This document shows positions 36,995 through 49,729 of a stretch of 64,000 nt of DNA, piece after piece; the first letter of the stretch is position 1; each line of letters begins with the position of its first letter. This DNA is from Eukaryota sp. GEM-RC1. Taxonomy: Eukaryota. The notes below the pieces were generated by a model. That model saw only the letters and a program-made list of their open reading frames with translations, was not told the DNA's origin and did not search any database. The translations under genes were made by a program, and so were the position numbers. The DNA lies in the NCBI GenBank assembly GCA_040285855.1, contig JAUFOQ010000005.1, positions 2,294,001-2,358,000 of the forward strand, in the 5' to 3' direction.

Positions 36995-38842
36995 TCACCG
37001 TTTACGAGACATCATTTCCTTAACAACTTCTAACCCATTTAAAATATGAGAACTAAATAAAAACCCATTTGAACTTTTTTAAAATTTGCTGAAATTCTAA
37101 AATTTCTGGAAACGTGACACCACCAGGAATGAACACACTTTTATGTTTTAATTCTGGAGAATTTTTTGTTTTTCGATCCTTTTACCCATCAAAGATGAAT
37201 AAAAACCCTTCAAACCAGTTGATTTTGAGCTTCCAGTAGTCTTCCAAGGTTGATTGACCCCCAAGTTAGGGTCAAAAAGAGATCAATCAGATGCCGTATC
37301 AATCCTTTACTAGGAATAGTTGCAAATGGCAAGTCTAATCTTAAAGACGGAATAAAAGATAAAAGACAAAGAATTGAGTCAATATCATCATTAAGGATCA
37401 TTTTTGATTGTTTAATGAGATTTTGATTGAGATCACCTTCTTGATTGTTTTCTTCAATCAAAAGTGATAGTATTGAGCAACAATCTTCGCTCAATCCAAC
37501 CAATTTAGGAAACGACTGACAATCAATTACATAATCCACAATCCAATCGGTCAAGAATGATTGAAAACTTCCAAAAGACAGTCTAATTGTCTCAGAATCG
37601 GCAGGAATGACGTGTGACAAGGTCAGAAATAGAAGTTCCCAGGTCAAAACAAGCAAGTTTGGGTTTGTAGTGGTATCAAAAACATCAGAATCTCGAAGAA
37701 TCGTTTGCAGTTTTGAGAATGCCGAAGAAAACGAAGTTCTAGTGGCAAAATATTTCTTATAAACATTTTCAAAGTCTAAATCAACAGAATTGTTGGCACT
37801 TTTTAAAGATAATAACAACCGAAGAAGTGCAAAATGATTAGTGTTTAATTCAGGAATTAATTGATCAATTGTGGATTCATCTAATAATTTAGAAGAAATT
37901 TCCGAAAATTCAAATAATTCGTGGATATCGGAGAAAAATTCAAAATTTTCAATAATTTCATTAGTAAGACCCTCAACATCATTAAAAAAGATCTCTTGTC
38001 TAGTTTGTGGCTCTAAATCACTGAAAATAGAGTTAAACAAAGGGTCAGAAACAATCGGATTGATGATGTGATCACCAGTCAAAATCACGTCATTCTGACT
38101 GCCAAATCCATGTCCAGAATAGACTTTGGACAAAATGTGTGCTGATTTGTTATCACCAAAAATAGAAGCAAAATCCAGTCCTCTTTCCAAAATCAAAACG
38201 GAAAGAGATTCTACTGATTGATCATCACCTGAACTCAATGGAAAATCCTCCATAAATTCAAAAAAAGTTGACACTATCTTTTCAGAAACTTTTCCTACTG
38301 AAGATAAGCTAATTCCATTCTTAGAATAACCCAAAACGATCAAAGTAGCCAACAGATCAACCGCATACAACCAATCAACAGCTGATTGATTGCCTTGGAT
38401 GACGTCAGCAATTGAAGTGAGAGAATAGCGTGAATAGAGTCGAGGCAATAGTATGAGGTTAGGCCAAGGTGAACAAAAGACAAGAGGTATGTAAGAAATT
38501 GAAGAGAGAGAATACTGTTGTTTCCAACTTGGGGAAGGGAAGAAGAGGAAGAAGACAGGAAGAAGAGGAACTCCGGGACTATGGAGACGAGATGAATTGA
38601 AGAAGATGAGAGGTTGTCAAGAGAGGAATGTTTGTAAGAGTCGGTGAGCAGAGTGACAGAACTAAGTGACAGTGTCTGTTTTATGGGCAGAGAGTGAACA
38701 TGTAGAAAACCTTTTTTTGCAATTCTGACAAACCACCATGCCACAACAGTATCTCCGAAACAGTGGGACAAAGGACAAGATGTTCAGATTTAGGTATAGA
38801 ACTTAACAAGTTCCAGACTAAGGCGTTGATATCTGGTTGCAT
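36995..38842 (-). CDS. Sec1/Munc18-family protein, SCFD2-like, split by frameshifts
   Basis: ATG at 38842 gives MQPDINALVWNLL...SEILLWHGGLSELQKKGFLHV. Internal SVGKVSEKIV. The tail beyond 37210 contains VFIPGGVS..EI and FSSHILNG, resembling the Sec1 GGxTxxE motif and C-terminal strand. Confidence 0.5.
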
Positions 38843-39184
38843 TAAAGAGCCAACAAGGAAAATTTAAGAAGTAGATTTGTTTTTGTATTTGACTTACTGT
38901 TTATGTTCCATAAAGAAAAGTGTAGAAGTAGATGCTTCTTTCAATTTAAGTTCTTCACCTGTCTTTTGAAAAGATTCAGTTCCTTTATACAATTTCTTCA
39001 TTGATTCATATCTACATTCTTTCATTAGATCAATATCATTAGTAAACCTTTTAAATCGAGATTCAATATCTACAGAATTTCGACTCCGAAACTGGGAATT
39101 TTTTGCGAGAATTTTCTTTAGAGTTGTTGAGCAACTTGAGCCAAGTCATTTGTTTTCATTTTACGTGACTTGTGGGTAACGTTG

Positions 39185-39590
39185 TTTTTTAAAAAACTTT
39201 AAGACGGGGGCTCAACTATTTGATTCATTCAAATCGATTAAAATTTGTGAACGCTGGATTTTTTTCTTTGGCCGAGCCAAGTCGAATTTTAAAATCCAGA
39301 CATTCAAAATGTTATAAAAGGTGTTTTTGGAGTTTCTTAAGAGCAAATTTTAAAGAGGTGACACATCGTTCTGGTATTTCACAAATATCTGCCGGAAAAC
39401 AAGTTTGCCAGAGGTCATATGAAATTAGCGACAATTCTAATCTCAAATTTACCAAGAAAAAACTACTTGTCGAAACAAGAAGATTTTCTTGACTTGGGTA
39501 ACGTCTACAGAACTCAAAGACAAAATTCTTACCACCACCAATGAAAGCAATCTGGGTAAGTTGTTTGGTAACCGACAGAGAGATCATAGT
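39185..39590 (-). mobile_element. CRE-like retrotransposon internal fragment
   Basis: LTQIAFIGGGKNFVFEFCRRYP parallels LTKSAFIGGMKNFLFEFKSRY at about 25100. Also FECLDFKIRL...KNPAF. Confidence 0.75.
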
Positions 39591-39689
39591 TTACATACTT
39601 TAGCTAGTGTCTGTTAGTTTAAATTTTTGCAAAACCATTTATTTCGCTGATTGATCATAAACCCCGTTTTTTAAAACAGTAAGATCTAT

Positions 39690-39990
39690 GTGCTCAATCT
39701 TATGTTAATGGCTTAAATTCAAAAGGCTTCAGCCACCTAGAAACAGCTGAAAACCTAACATTGATTTGGATTCCAAAGAAGTTGCTGAACTCAATCAAAA
39801 TTTATATTCAAAATTTATATTTGTTCTATTTGCTATTTCTATTTTTGGTAGTACATGTATTAGTGAAAAGGCTTCTCAGTTTTTAACTGATTTTGGATCT
39901 ATGTGTAAGTCTCCGAATAGGAGATTTAAATTAAAATTTATAAAATTTGGCATAATGTATTGATGTTTTCTCTATTCCGTTCCATGCTTT
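39690..39990 (+). mobile_element. CRE-like subfamily B RLE fragment
   Basis: Matches the reverse complement of 24150-24435 (LNSKGF-HLETAEN, LYSKFIFVLFAISIFGS). Confidence 0.75.
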
Positions 39991-40112
39991 CATCTGTTAA
40001 CAGTTTTTTTGTTAATATTGATGTTATTCTTTATTTGTACTTGTATATAACCAAAGGCGTTTCTTTCAAAAAAACATTTAAAATTATTTGTCCAAAGGAA
40101 AGTGCCAGAAAT

Positions 40113-40534
40113 TAGAGCTGGGCATTCGACTAGACTAGTCTGCTGACTACGGACTAGACTAAGCTTTTAGCCTAACTCTTAGTCTACTCACTTAGTCTAC
40201 TATTTTTAACACATTGTCTGAACCTGCTGAAAAACTGCACAGACTTTCTCTACAACCATTGTCTCCAAAACAGAAATGGAACGGTCACCAATTCTATAAG
40301 CCAGAAGCAGAGTGGCAGAAGCACTGCATCCTTTGTGCGGTTGTAGGTTTAAAATCTTGGGCTGATGGTGGCTTCGATGTACTTGACTTCTAGTGGTTCA
40401 GTAGAAATTTTCTGTTTTATCAATTTGATGTTTGGACAACCTTTTTAGTCTACTACTTAGTATCTTTGTCTCGTCTTAGTCTAGTCGGTAGTCAGTTACT
40501 TTAGTCTAGTCTAGTCAGTCTGTGCCCAGCTCTA
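40113..40534. mobile_element. hAT-type MITE
   Basis: Perfect 12-bp TIR TAGAGCTGGGCA, perfect 8-bp TSD CCAGAAAT, subterminal gactag/ctagtc repeats. Confidence 0.93.
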
Positions 40535-41336
40535 CCAGAAATCTATCACCAGTATTATCAAATGAATTTTACAGAAACCACAGCTTAAATGAGTTTACAA
40601 TTACACTTGAGTTTTTCAAGAATACTGATGTTCCTAGATTGAGAGCTCCCACCGTTGTATCAATTATGTGCCTTGAAGTGGTGTTGGGATCGTGAAAAGA
40701 ACTGGGATTTGCAGAATTAAAGGTAAGAGTATTGTTGATTTTGAATTAGATCTTCAAATGACTGGTGACATTGCAGTATTATGGGGAAAAGCCAAAGACC
40801 TTGAATCTCATCAACGGAATTCAATGGAAACAAAGCTGATTTGTTGTTTGATCTATTACATTTATAATAAAAGTATACTCCAAAAAAATGTGGAATGTAA
40901 GTTGAAATGTAGTAATTGGTGACTTTCCAATAATGAAGGATTGGTCCAATGGTTCATGTCACAAATTCTGTGGATCAGAGTAATTAGTAAATGACACTAT
41001 TTGATCACTCAGAATAATTGATTTAAATGATGAGATAAACAAACGATGATGAATTAATCTGAGTCAGACTAATTGTCAATCAAGAATTATCGTAAAGAGT
41101 GTGCACGTATCACCGTTTCGCGACTGTTATCTTAAGAATTACAGCATAACGAAGAATCAATTATAATTCTAGATTATAACATTCCATGTTGAAACGAACA
41201 ATTCAATCCGTATACAGACAGAATTAATGAAACGCTATCGTAACGATTGAATATTACATTCATCCATACTTAATTGCAGACTCTGGTTTCCACTATAACA
41301 ATCAACTTAAGATAGAGGCTAGAATTTATTGATTAC

Positions 41337-42238
41337 TTATTTGTTCAGAGATTCAAGCTTAGCAGCAACTCTGGCCTTACGCTCTGCCAAAGTAATCTTC
41401 TTGTCCTTAACAATTTTCTTGTATTGGGACACGTCTTTAGCGGCTTTCTTGGGCGACGGATCAGCACGAATAGCAGCATGAACTTTTTGCAATACAGCAC
41501 TGACATCATCGGGACCGATACCTGCCTCAATGTACTTGGAGAACTGTCTCTTATACTTTTCAGCGTCTTCTTCTTGGAGTTCTCTCATATAGTCTGAAAT
41601 GTGTTCGGCAAAGATGTAACGGCGATGAACTTCAGGATCGTATTCCTTAGATTCCTCATCATACCCGGGGAATCGTTTTACTGAATGAGGTACATGAAGA
41701 CCTCCATCAACAGCACCCTTTAAGGCACCGAAAAGTCTGGCACCGGTAGTGGTTCTTCTTACACCAACGTCAAGAACAGCCTTGAATGGGCGGCGTTCGT
41801 TCTCTTCGTGCTCGATGTGATATTCTTCACCAGTGACTTCAGCGACACCGCTATGGATTTCTTGAAGTCCAAGTTGATGTAACAATCTTCTGGCAAGGAG
41901 AAGTCCAGTGCAGTAGGCAGCGGCATAGTTCTTAGATTGAACGTTGAGTCCATAATGCTTCAATTCGTGGGAGTATGCTGAACAGATGGTTTCATCACCA
42001 ACGAGCTTGGCTCTAACGATCTGGCAAATAACATCGGTGTTGGTGAATCGCACAACAAAACGGAACTGATGTTAGCAAACAGATATAAAAATACCTTAGC
42101 AGCACCATATTTCTTGGCGTCTTGTCTGACCATACGGATACGGGCAGCATAATCGGTCTTACCTTCACGACGTCTACGGAACTTGGTTTGGAAGCGACTG
42201 AAGTATGCACGAGTTTTGGAAACTTTAAGCCAAGCCAT
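41337..42238 (-). CDS. RPL5: 60S ribosomal protein L5 (uL18), two exons
   Basis: [30 protein letters not shown]...KYGAAK, intron, then [16 protein letters not shown]...[15 protein letters not shown]...[18 protein letters not shown]. Confidence 0.97.
42066..42094 (-). other. 29-nt spliceosomal intron
   Basis: gtatttttatatctgtttgctaacatcag. Removing it restores the conserved RPL5 frame. Confidence 0.93.
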
Positions 42239-43440
42239 TGTGATGAAGAAGAAGAAAAGGAATTTTCGCCAAAGCAAAACCTCCGATCTTTTGACTTCAA
42301 ATGTTGAAACAAAACTCCTAATGATGACCTTGTGTAAACAGAGATGCAGTAAGTAACAGAATTTATTATCAATATTGAAGAAATACTTGTGATAAAATAT
42401 ATACATAAAACGAACGAATACAACACAGTAAATACCACAACCAAGTAACCCGTAGAAGATCAACCAAACTTAAGTTCGCAGAAGCAAACGGATGCCTTTT
42501 CCCTCCATTTTGAAATGGGTGAGATAAAGAGACCAGGAAATCAGAAGACTAGCCAAGAGCAACAGTTTTCGCTGAAACTTCAACCGGCGGATAGAAGAAA
42601 GAAGATCAATAGTCAATCGGATGTGTCGTTTAATCTGCTTGCTCTCAATATTTGTCGCTAACAAAGCTTTAGAGAATGAAAGATATGTCGATGATGAAGT
42701 TGATAACGGTACGTTACAGAGAGGAGAACCCGAAGTGAGACAAACAAGGTTCAATACAATAACGAAGAGCAAACTCAGTGAGTTTACTGTCCATGTGAAA
42801 GACATAAAGAACAATCAGTGTTTGGAGGATCGAAAAAATGAGGTTTCGAAAAGTTCTTCTAGTTTCGATCTGTCAAAATCGGACTTCACCTTATCACAAA
42901 ATTTCAAGTGACGGAGTTGTTATTAGTGTCCTCTCTCGATATAAAACCTTTACCTCAAGTGGAATAGCGCTTATGCAAACATTCAATTCTGCCTTTATCA
43001 TCCGAAATAGTATAGACGATTAAGAAAAAATATCGAGATCAACTTTTTTGACAATAGTCCTTCGTTTTGCTGTACGAATGTTTTTTGTGTTCTTGGTAGA
43101 AAGGTTACAACAATAACTATGTTTCCTTTTCAAGAAAGACTGTTTTTTAATTCAGTAAAACTTGTTTCAGAAGAAGTGCTGTTCAGTTCTCAAAACTTAT
43201 GATAAGAAACAAAATTATTCGTTATATGTCATAGTTTGGTTTCATTTTAATCAAAGAAACAATTTAAAAACACTTGCTACTTTTTGATCTATTTCTTACA
43301 TTCAAGTGCACTGTGAAGAGCAGACATGAGAGTTGAAACTACAGTAGGATTCAGGCTGGCAATTTATGGATTTATACTTCTTATTAAGAAGTTCTTAATC
43401 TCCTGCTAGTGCTGTAGTTGTTCCTTTTGACTCAGAATCC

Positions 43441-45748
43441 ATGGCCAATGATCTAGAATCATATGTTAACGTCATGGTATCTGATCCTGCTTCCTTTTCT
43501 CCAGAGTCTCTCTACAAAGTATTCTTTCAATTCTCGTCATATTTGGCAAAGAGAGCGTCTGTTCACTCTGCTGACATCATAGAAAACGCCATCTACCGTT
43601 TCTGCTACTCCATCCACTCTCTTCCTATTCTTTTGTCTCCCAATGGACCGTTGGATCGATTGGTCATTTCTATTATCTCCAAACCTTCTCCCAAGCTTCT
43701 TTCTTCGCTTCTTCCTATTCTGTCTGCTCTACTCACGGTCAATTCTTCAATCAGATCACGAGTTCTTCATCATTGTGAGCTACGGCCAAAACTTTTTTCA
43801 TCTACTACTAATATTGATCTGTGTCACGTCATTCGGTCTAAAATTTTAGAATTTGACCCCAAGTTAGACAATTCAATTCCAATACGGCCAAAAAAGCCAC
43901 GATTTCAACCCGTAATCAGTCCAAAATCAACCCCGACAATCAACGTTGACCTCCACCAGTCATCACCAATCAAGAAATCACACTCATCTCAATCACAATC
44001 AATCGATTTCTCTTCACCTTTTGTCTTTTCCTTTGCAGGTTCCTTCGGTATTCCTGGCTCCACCGACGGACAACTGTCCACAAGTCTCTTTAATCAACCA
44101 TCTGACGTCATCGCTACTCCCAAATTAGGAAAGTATTTTGTCGTTGATTGGGGGTCGGAAACAATCAGAGTAATCAATCTGAATGATGATGGTATGGGCT
44201 CAACAGTCGAAACAGTCGTGAATAGTCAAGGAAATCCTGTTAAAATTCCAAAAATTTCAAAAATTCTTCCGTGTACTTTCCAAGAACCTGAAGCACAATT
44301 TCTTGGTTTGAGTACAGAACAATGTACATTATCACTTATTTCAAATAATTCCAACAATTCAACATTTAAATTATTTGGAGGAATTCGAGCTCAAATTCCT
44401 GGTTCTTTTAAAAATTGTTCAGTTGCAGATCCTTCTGATTTCTGCTTTATCACGCCACAGATGGGATATGCTGCTGACGTGAGTGGAATATGGCGGGTTG
44501 ATTTTGACCGACATGCAATCACTTTGATTGCAGGTCAAATAGGCAATGTTGGTTTCACATCAGGACCAACACTCGGTCTATCTGCTCTTTTCAATCGTCC
44601 TTCATCAATTGTCTCTATTGATCCCCAATCACTTTTGATTGCTGATTGTTGCAATCACGTCATCCGATTGCTTCGTTTTGACCCTACTTTCAAATCCTGT
44701 ACAGTCTCGGTGTTTGCAGGCAGTGTTAAAGGTACTCAGGATGGCAGTGTTGCTTCTTGTAAGTTTACGTTTCCACAGAAAATGACTTTTGACCGGTCAA
44801 AAGATATTTGTTTCTGACCGACACGTCACCATCCATTAGAGTGGTTGATATGACGACGCTGAAGGTCAAAACTCTTTGGACTTCTGATGACCAATCATTT
44901 TTGACTGGATTAGTTTTTGATGACGTACACCGTCGATTAGTTGTCTGTGATACAGATAATCACCGACTAATTGGTCTGGATTTTGAGCTTAATGACGTGA
45001 ATAGTTACTCCTTGGGGAAGCAAAACCGTAGTTCTTCCAATGCACTCAGTTCAAATAGTTTAAAAATCGACACATTTGATTCATCTGTATACATGTCATT
45101 TGATGATCAAAATGTTGCAAAAGTTTTAAAATCCTGTAAATTTATTGTCAGAACTAAGCTCACACACACGCGATTGCTTACTTTAAAGTCCACAGTCTCA
45201 AAAACTTTGCCATCACACTTGGTTTTTATTCTACGTTTAATTTCAATACTTTTAAACAACGACAATTTAAATTTTTCTACTTTTGATTGTCAAAAATCTC
45301 TCTTTATGACCCATTACCTGGAGAAACCCAAACCTTAAAGCAATTCATGTACTCTAAAAATCTTCGTAGTAAACTGTTAGCTTTTCATCCGTCTAAAGTC
45401 TTTGATTCTCACGTGGACATTGCAATCAAGTGCACGTGTACAGTCAACAATCAGTTGACGTCATCATCTACGTCACTTTCTCCCCCGTTTCTTCATGGAT
45501 TGTTTGAGTGGTCAGAGGCAGCTCTAAGAGCTTTACATTTATATCAGTCAAGTAAAGTCTTGCGAACTCCGATCTCTTCCGGTCGTGATAATTCCTTTGA
45601 AGTTGACGTGATGGATTTTGATGAGGGTCGGATTGATAGGAAAGAAGATGAAGTACAGTTTTTGAAGAAAGAAAATGAAATGTTAAATCAAAAAGTGGAT
45701 GAATTAATGTCAGTTGTGACTGATTTGTCAGGCATTTATTCGGAGTAA
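43441..45748 (+). CDS. NHL-repeat beta-propeller protein with C-terminal coiled coil
   Basis: FAGS..GSTDG...FNQPSDV, FNRPSSI..LLIADCCNHVIR, FAGS.GTQDG..FTFP, LVVCDTDNHRL. Three ORFs join by adding one A in A-runs at about 44800 and 45295. Confidence 0.8.
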
Positions 45749-45941
45749 ATATTTTAATATTTTTAATTATTGTAGTTTATAATTTGTTAATATTGTTTAA
45801 CTTTTCTGTTGACAATGTTGTGTGTTTTATTTGTATAAAATTAAATATTCTATTACTTTTAAAATTTTGGTGGAAATGTCAAAAACATATTTCAAAATTT
45901 GAATGCATTCTGAGTTACTAACCGTCCATGTACGGTACAGC

Positions 45942-46075
45942 CAGGGGTGTGAAAACAATATTTTAAATATATACATATTTTAACCACAAAATAAATATTG
46001 CAATTCTCAAATTGAGCCAATAAATATTGCAATTCTTCAACCAATATTGCAATATTTCAGCATTGCAACAATATG
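45942..46075. mobile_element. Probable orphan hAT-like terminus
   Basis: CAGGGGTGTGAAA followed by repeated aatattgcaat motifs. Only a partial inverted match (tttcacacc, about 46720) was seen. Confidence 0.35.
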
Positions 46076-46896
46076 AATCATATTACAGTATGTATTTATC
46101 ACAAAAAAGCCATGTATTCTGCAGTCCATCATCGTCAGAAGTAACCGAAATAATCTCAATACCATTGTTTACTGCTCATGATATGTTTTAAAGTAACTTC
46201 ATCACAAAAATAGCTGTTGTCTTTCATCATTATTTACACTTCAAGACTGGAGGGCTTCAAACATAATCACTTCAGAAGAAAGAATTTACATTGTACTTTA
46301 TTAAACAGTCAAAACTGAGCACAAATGGCAGAAATTATGATAATACAACAACTAGAAATCATTAGTAATAAAACAACTCTCACTACAATTAAACGCATAA
46401 GACAACAAAACTGGTTTTGGAACTCCAAATTGTGAAGCAAAACAACACAAAGAACAACTCAACGTATATTGGCAATAATGTAATAATTAACCAGTATAAT
46501 AATAAATATTGCTCAACCTCAAATAGCGGAAATTGATGATTGATCAATATTTTTTTCATACCCCTGAGTACAGCTATGCAAATAAGACGCACCAGACAGC
46601 AAAGAAATTTCAAAATACCAGCGGAACACTGTGCTAATTGTTGAATAATTAAGCGCTACAGTACATGGTTTTACATAAAATTTGTTTACATTGGCAAAGA
46701 AACCTGTCACTCTCTATCATTTCACACCAAAAATCTGGTCCACTTAGTTGCTTTACAGTCGTCCATGTTTAGGTCTAAACTAATTGGGAATATTCACTGG
46801 TTGATGCACAGTTGTTCACAAAATTTTTTTGTAGTTTTTTGTTCCTTATCTCGACGCGCATGTGTTCTATATATTTTGAATCCTCTAAAAGTAAAA

Positions 46897-47156
46897 ACAG
46901 TTTATTGCTGGAGGGTACAAAATTACATATAATAATAAAAGCTGTGAAACACTAGACACCCAAAATTCCTGGTCAACAGTACCACAGTTTTTATAAAACT
47001 TTGTGAAAATTGATTTAAAAAACTTAGGCACCAAACGGAACAAAGAAAAAATCAAACGGTTATGCCAAATTGATAAGTTAAATCTCTTATTCTGAGACTT
47101 ACCCATATATCCAAAATCAGTTAAAAACTTAGAAGCCGTTTCACCAATACTACCAA
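46897..47156 (-). mobile_element. 3' end of CRE-like subfamily B
   Basis: Near-identical to 24017-24275. Confidence 0.9.
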
Positions 47157-48029
47157 AAAAAAGTTGTTCACACTATATTGATGACGTCATGACGGATGTT
47201 AATCGCATTCTTTCTTATCAGGCCTGGTTCAATTGTAATTCAAGAAGTTTTAGAGAAGTCAGGAGTTTCTAATTGTTCGTAAGAGACATTTAGTTTGCAT
47301 TTATTCTTTAAATGACCTTAGTAATCAGTCTCAATAGGTATACAGAACTGTTGCTGATGAACACTACAATACAATATTCTAGATTTAGGCGGTTTGATGG
47401 TTACTACAGCTTTCAGAACCCAGTAGTTTGTTACAATAGTCGTAATTTGTAATTTTATTCGTCACACAAGCTGCTACTGTTGATTGATACCTGAAGCAAA
47501 CGCATCAGTGGAATCATTAATTGAATCATTCAACATAAACTAAGTTCAAACAAATTGTCAGAAGGAGTCTTGTCAAATACATAGACAAAGAAATGTTTAT
47601 CCAGCTTTTCCTTCAAGACCGGTAAGATTTCTCAAAGGAAAGCGAAAACTATCCTTTGTAGGGGACGAAAAATGTAAACCTGATTGACTTGGACAACAGC
47701 CATGGAACATTGATTCAGTCAAAAATAATGACATGTGACCTATGGTGTCTCAATGAAAACGTGAACTAATTGGTAGGCTAATCCAACTAAGAAATCCTAG
47801 AAAGGTCAAGTGTTGATGTCAGGAGACTCTGTTTGTATGTGAGAAAATAATGGACTATGACAAATGTATACGAATCACAAAATCCAAAAGGGTGACACAT
47901 GGATAGTATCGAAATGCCAAAAAACGAAGATATTAATACACCATCCGGAAAAGGCAATGACAACAATTAGAAGTGTTATTGGAAAAATGAAAGACGACAG
48001 TTGAAGCACGATTGGTGTTTCTCATACCA

Positions 48030-49607
48030 ATGTCTCTTGAAAATAATCATTCTCCCCCGCCGGATTCCAGGGTTTCCATGGACGGAATAGAAAACAATAC
48101 TCATGGAGAGTTAGAGAAGCAACAGAAGCGACGTGAGCAGCACCGTCTCAGTGCTCGTAACTACAGAGCCAGAAAGAAGGCTGAAGTCAACACTATGCAG
48201 ACGCGGATGCGAGAAATGGCGACACAAAACGAGCTACTTCTCCGTGAGATTCAAATACTTCGCGCACGCCTGGCGTCAGGAGAAGTTGTTCACGAAGGTG
48301 CACCTCCTGAACAGCAACCTAACTCTCCTTCTGCTCTATATCAGCAGTCTATTACTCAAATTAAGAAATATGCTGCCATCCTCAGTCGTCTTCGAGCGTC
48401 TCTTAATGATCCTTCCATAGCTGATCACCACATCATCCAACTTCTGGATGGTGCCTATGGGATGTTACTCGGCATTTCATCCTTCACCACTGACCAATGT
48501 CATTCCTGTCCCTATCACGAAAGTGAACAATGTATATGCTCTCCCACAAAGCCTAGCCCTATGAACCCTTTCACTAACACCCCTGGAGCTCATCTCATCT
48601 CTCACTTCTATCCATGTGCTGGCTCTGCTTATCCACAAGTACTTCCAATGCATATTGGTGAACCCTCCTTCACTCCCTCTGTCCCCGCTTATCCTCCTTC
48701 TTTTGACCATCTCCCCCACTCATTCCTTCCTTGTATCCACAACTGTCGTCAGTGCCCCAATATCAACTGTCCTAACCGTACTGCTCCCTCTAACACTGCC
48801 ACTGTCCACCAAGGGAACCTCTATCCTTGCATCCAGGATTGTTCAGAATGCCGTAACATGAATTGCAAACAACGTCGTGGAGATCCTCCACTTCATGATT
48901 CCTCCAACCCGTACCCTTGTATTAACAACTGTTCTGTGTGTAAGAACATCAATTGTCCTAGTAGAACTGTCCCTAAAGCTATTCCTTCCTCTCTCTTGTC
49001 TCAGTCGTTCCCTGCAGACTCTCAACATCACCAACATCAACAACAAGAGGAAGGAGATAGTGAGTTCACTTCCCGTCAACACGTGTCTGTGCCTTTCTGT
49101 CAACCTTTCTTACTAGGTAAACTCTTTTATGTTTTGTTTACTGGAATGGAAGATCCACCAAAGAACGAGAAAGCTGTCTTTGAGAGGTGGCTTCGGGAAC
49201 AGCTTGTAACTGTCGTTCCTAATGGTTTAGAAGAAGCTGTGTCTGACGTCATGCGCCAATTGACTGCTCACGAAGCTGAACTAACTGCAGTTCTCAAAAG
49301 AAAGAAGGAGATCATTGTAGGGTTATGGGGTATAGCAAGTCCTTACGCCGATGCCGTGCTAAGTCCCTTTGCTGTTCCTTTTACTAGTAGCCACTGCTCT
49401 CTATCCCCGGGAGTAGACATGCAGAACTTCGCTGATGCAAGTACTAAACTTCGTGAAGTTATTTCTACTCACCACAAGATCTTGTTCAAGATCCTTTCTA
49501 CTCTACGTACTTACTCTGCAAAGGTAGAAGCTCGATTGTTTCTAGGCAGACATCCTTTCTCAACTGAAGATGAGATGATTGATGTGTTGTTACGAATGAT
49601 TATATAG
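48030..49607 (+). CDS. bZIP transcription factor with three Cys-rich repeats
   Basis: Basic region KRREQHRLSARNYRARKK plus heptad zipper. Three PCIxxCxxCxNxNC repeats at 48726-48965. Confidence 0.85.
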   Translation: MSLENNHSPPPDSRVSMDGIENNTHGELEKQQKRREQHRLSARNYRARKKAEVNTMQTRMREMATQNELLLREIQILRARLASGEVVHEGAPPEQQPNSPSALYQQSITQIKKYAAILSRLRASLNDPSIADHHIIQLLDGAYGMLLGISSFTTDQCHSCPYHESEQCICSPTKPSPMNPFTNTPGAHLISHFYPCAGSAYPQVLPMHIGEPSFTPSVPAYPPSFDHLPHSFLPCIHNCRQCPNINCPNRTAPSNTATVHQGNLYPCIQDCSECRNMNCKQRRGDPPLHDSSNPYPCINNCSVCKNINCPSRTVPKAIPSSLLSQSFPADSQHHQHQQQEEGDSEFTSRQHVSVPFCQPFLLGKLFYVLFTGMEDPPKNEKAVFERWLREQLVTVVPNGLEEAVSDVMRQLTAHEAELTAVLKRKKEIIVGLWGIASPYADAVLSPFAVPFTSSHCSLSPGVDMQNFADASTKLREVISTHHKILFKILSTLRTYSAKVEARLFLGRHPFSTEDEMIDVLLRMII

Positions 49608-49729
49608 TTTTCTATTTTTGAATGAAGATTTGTTGTATATCGCGATAGTAAATCAGGAGTTATTATTATAGTTTTGTAGATTATAAATCAATGTTATCAA
49701 GGTACAGTAGTTTTAGTATTTAGTTTTAT

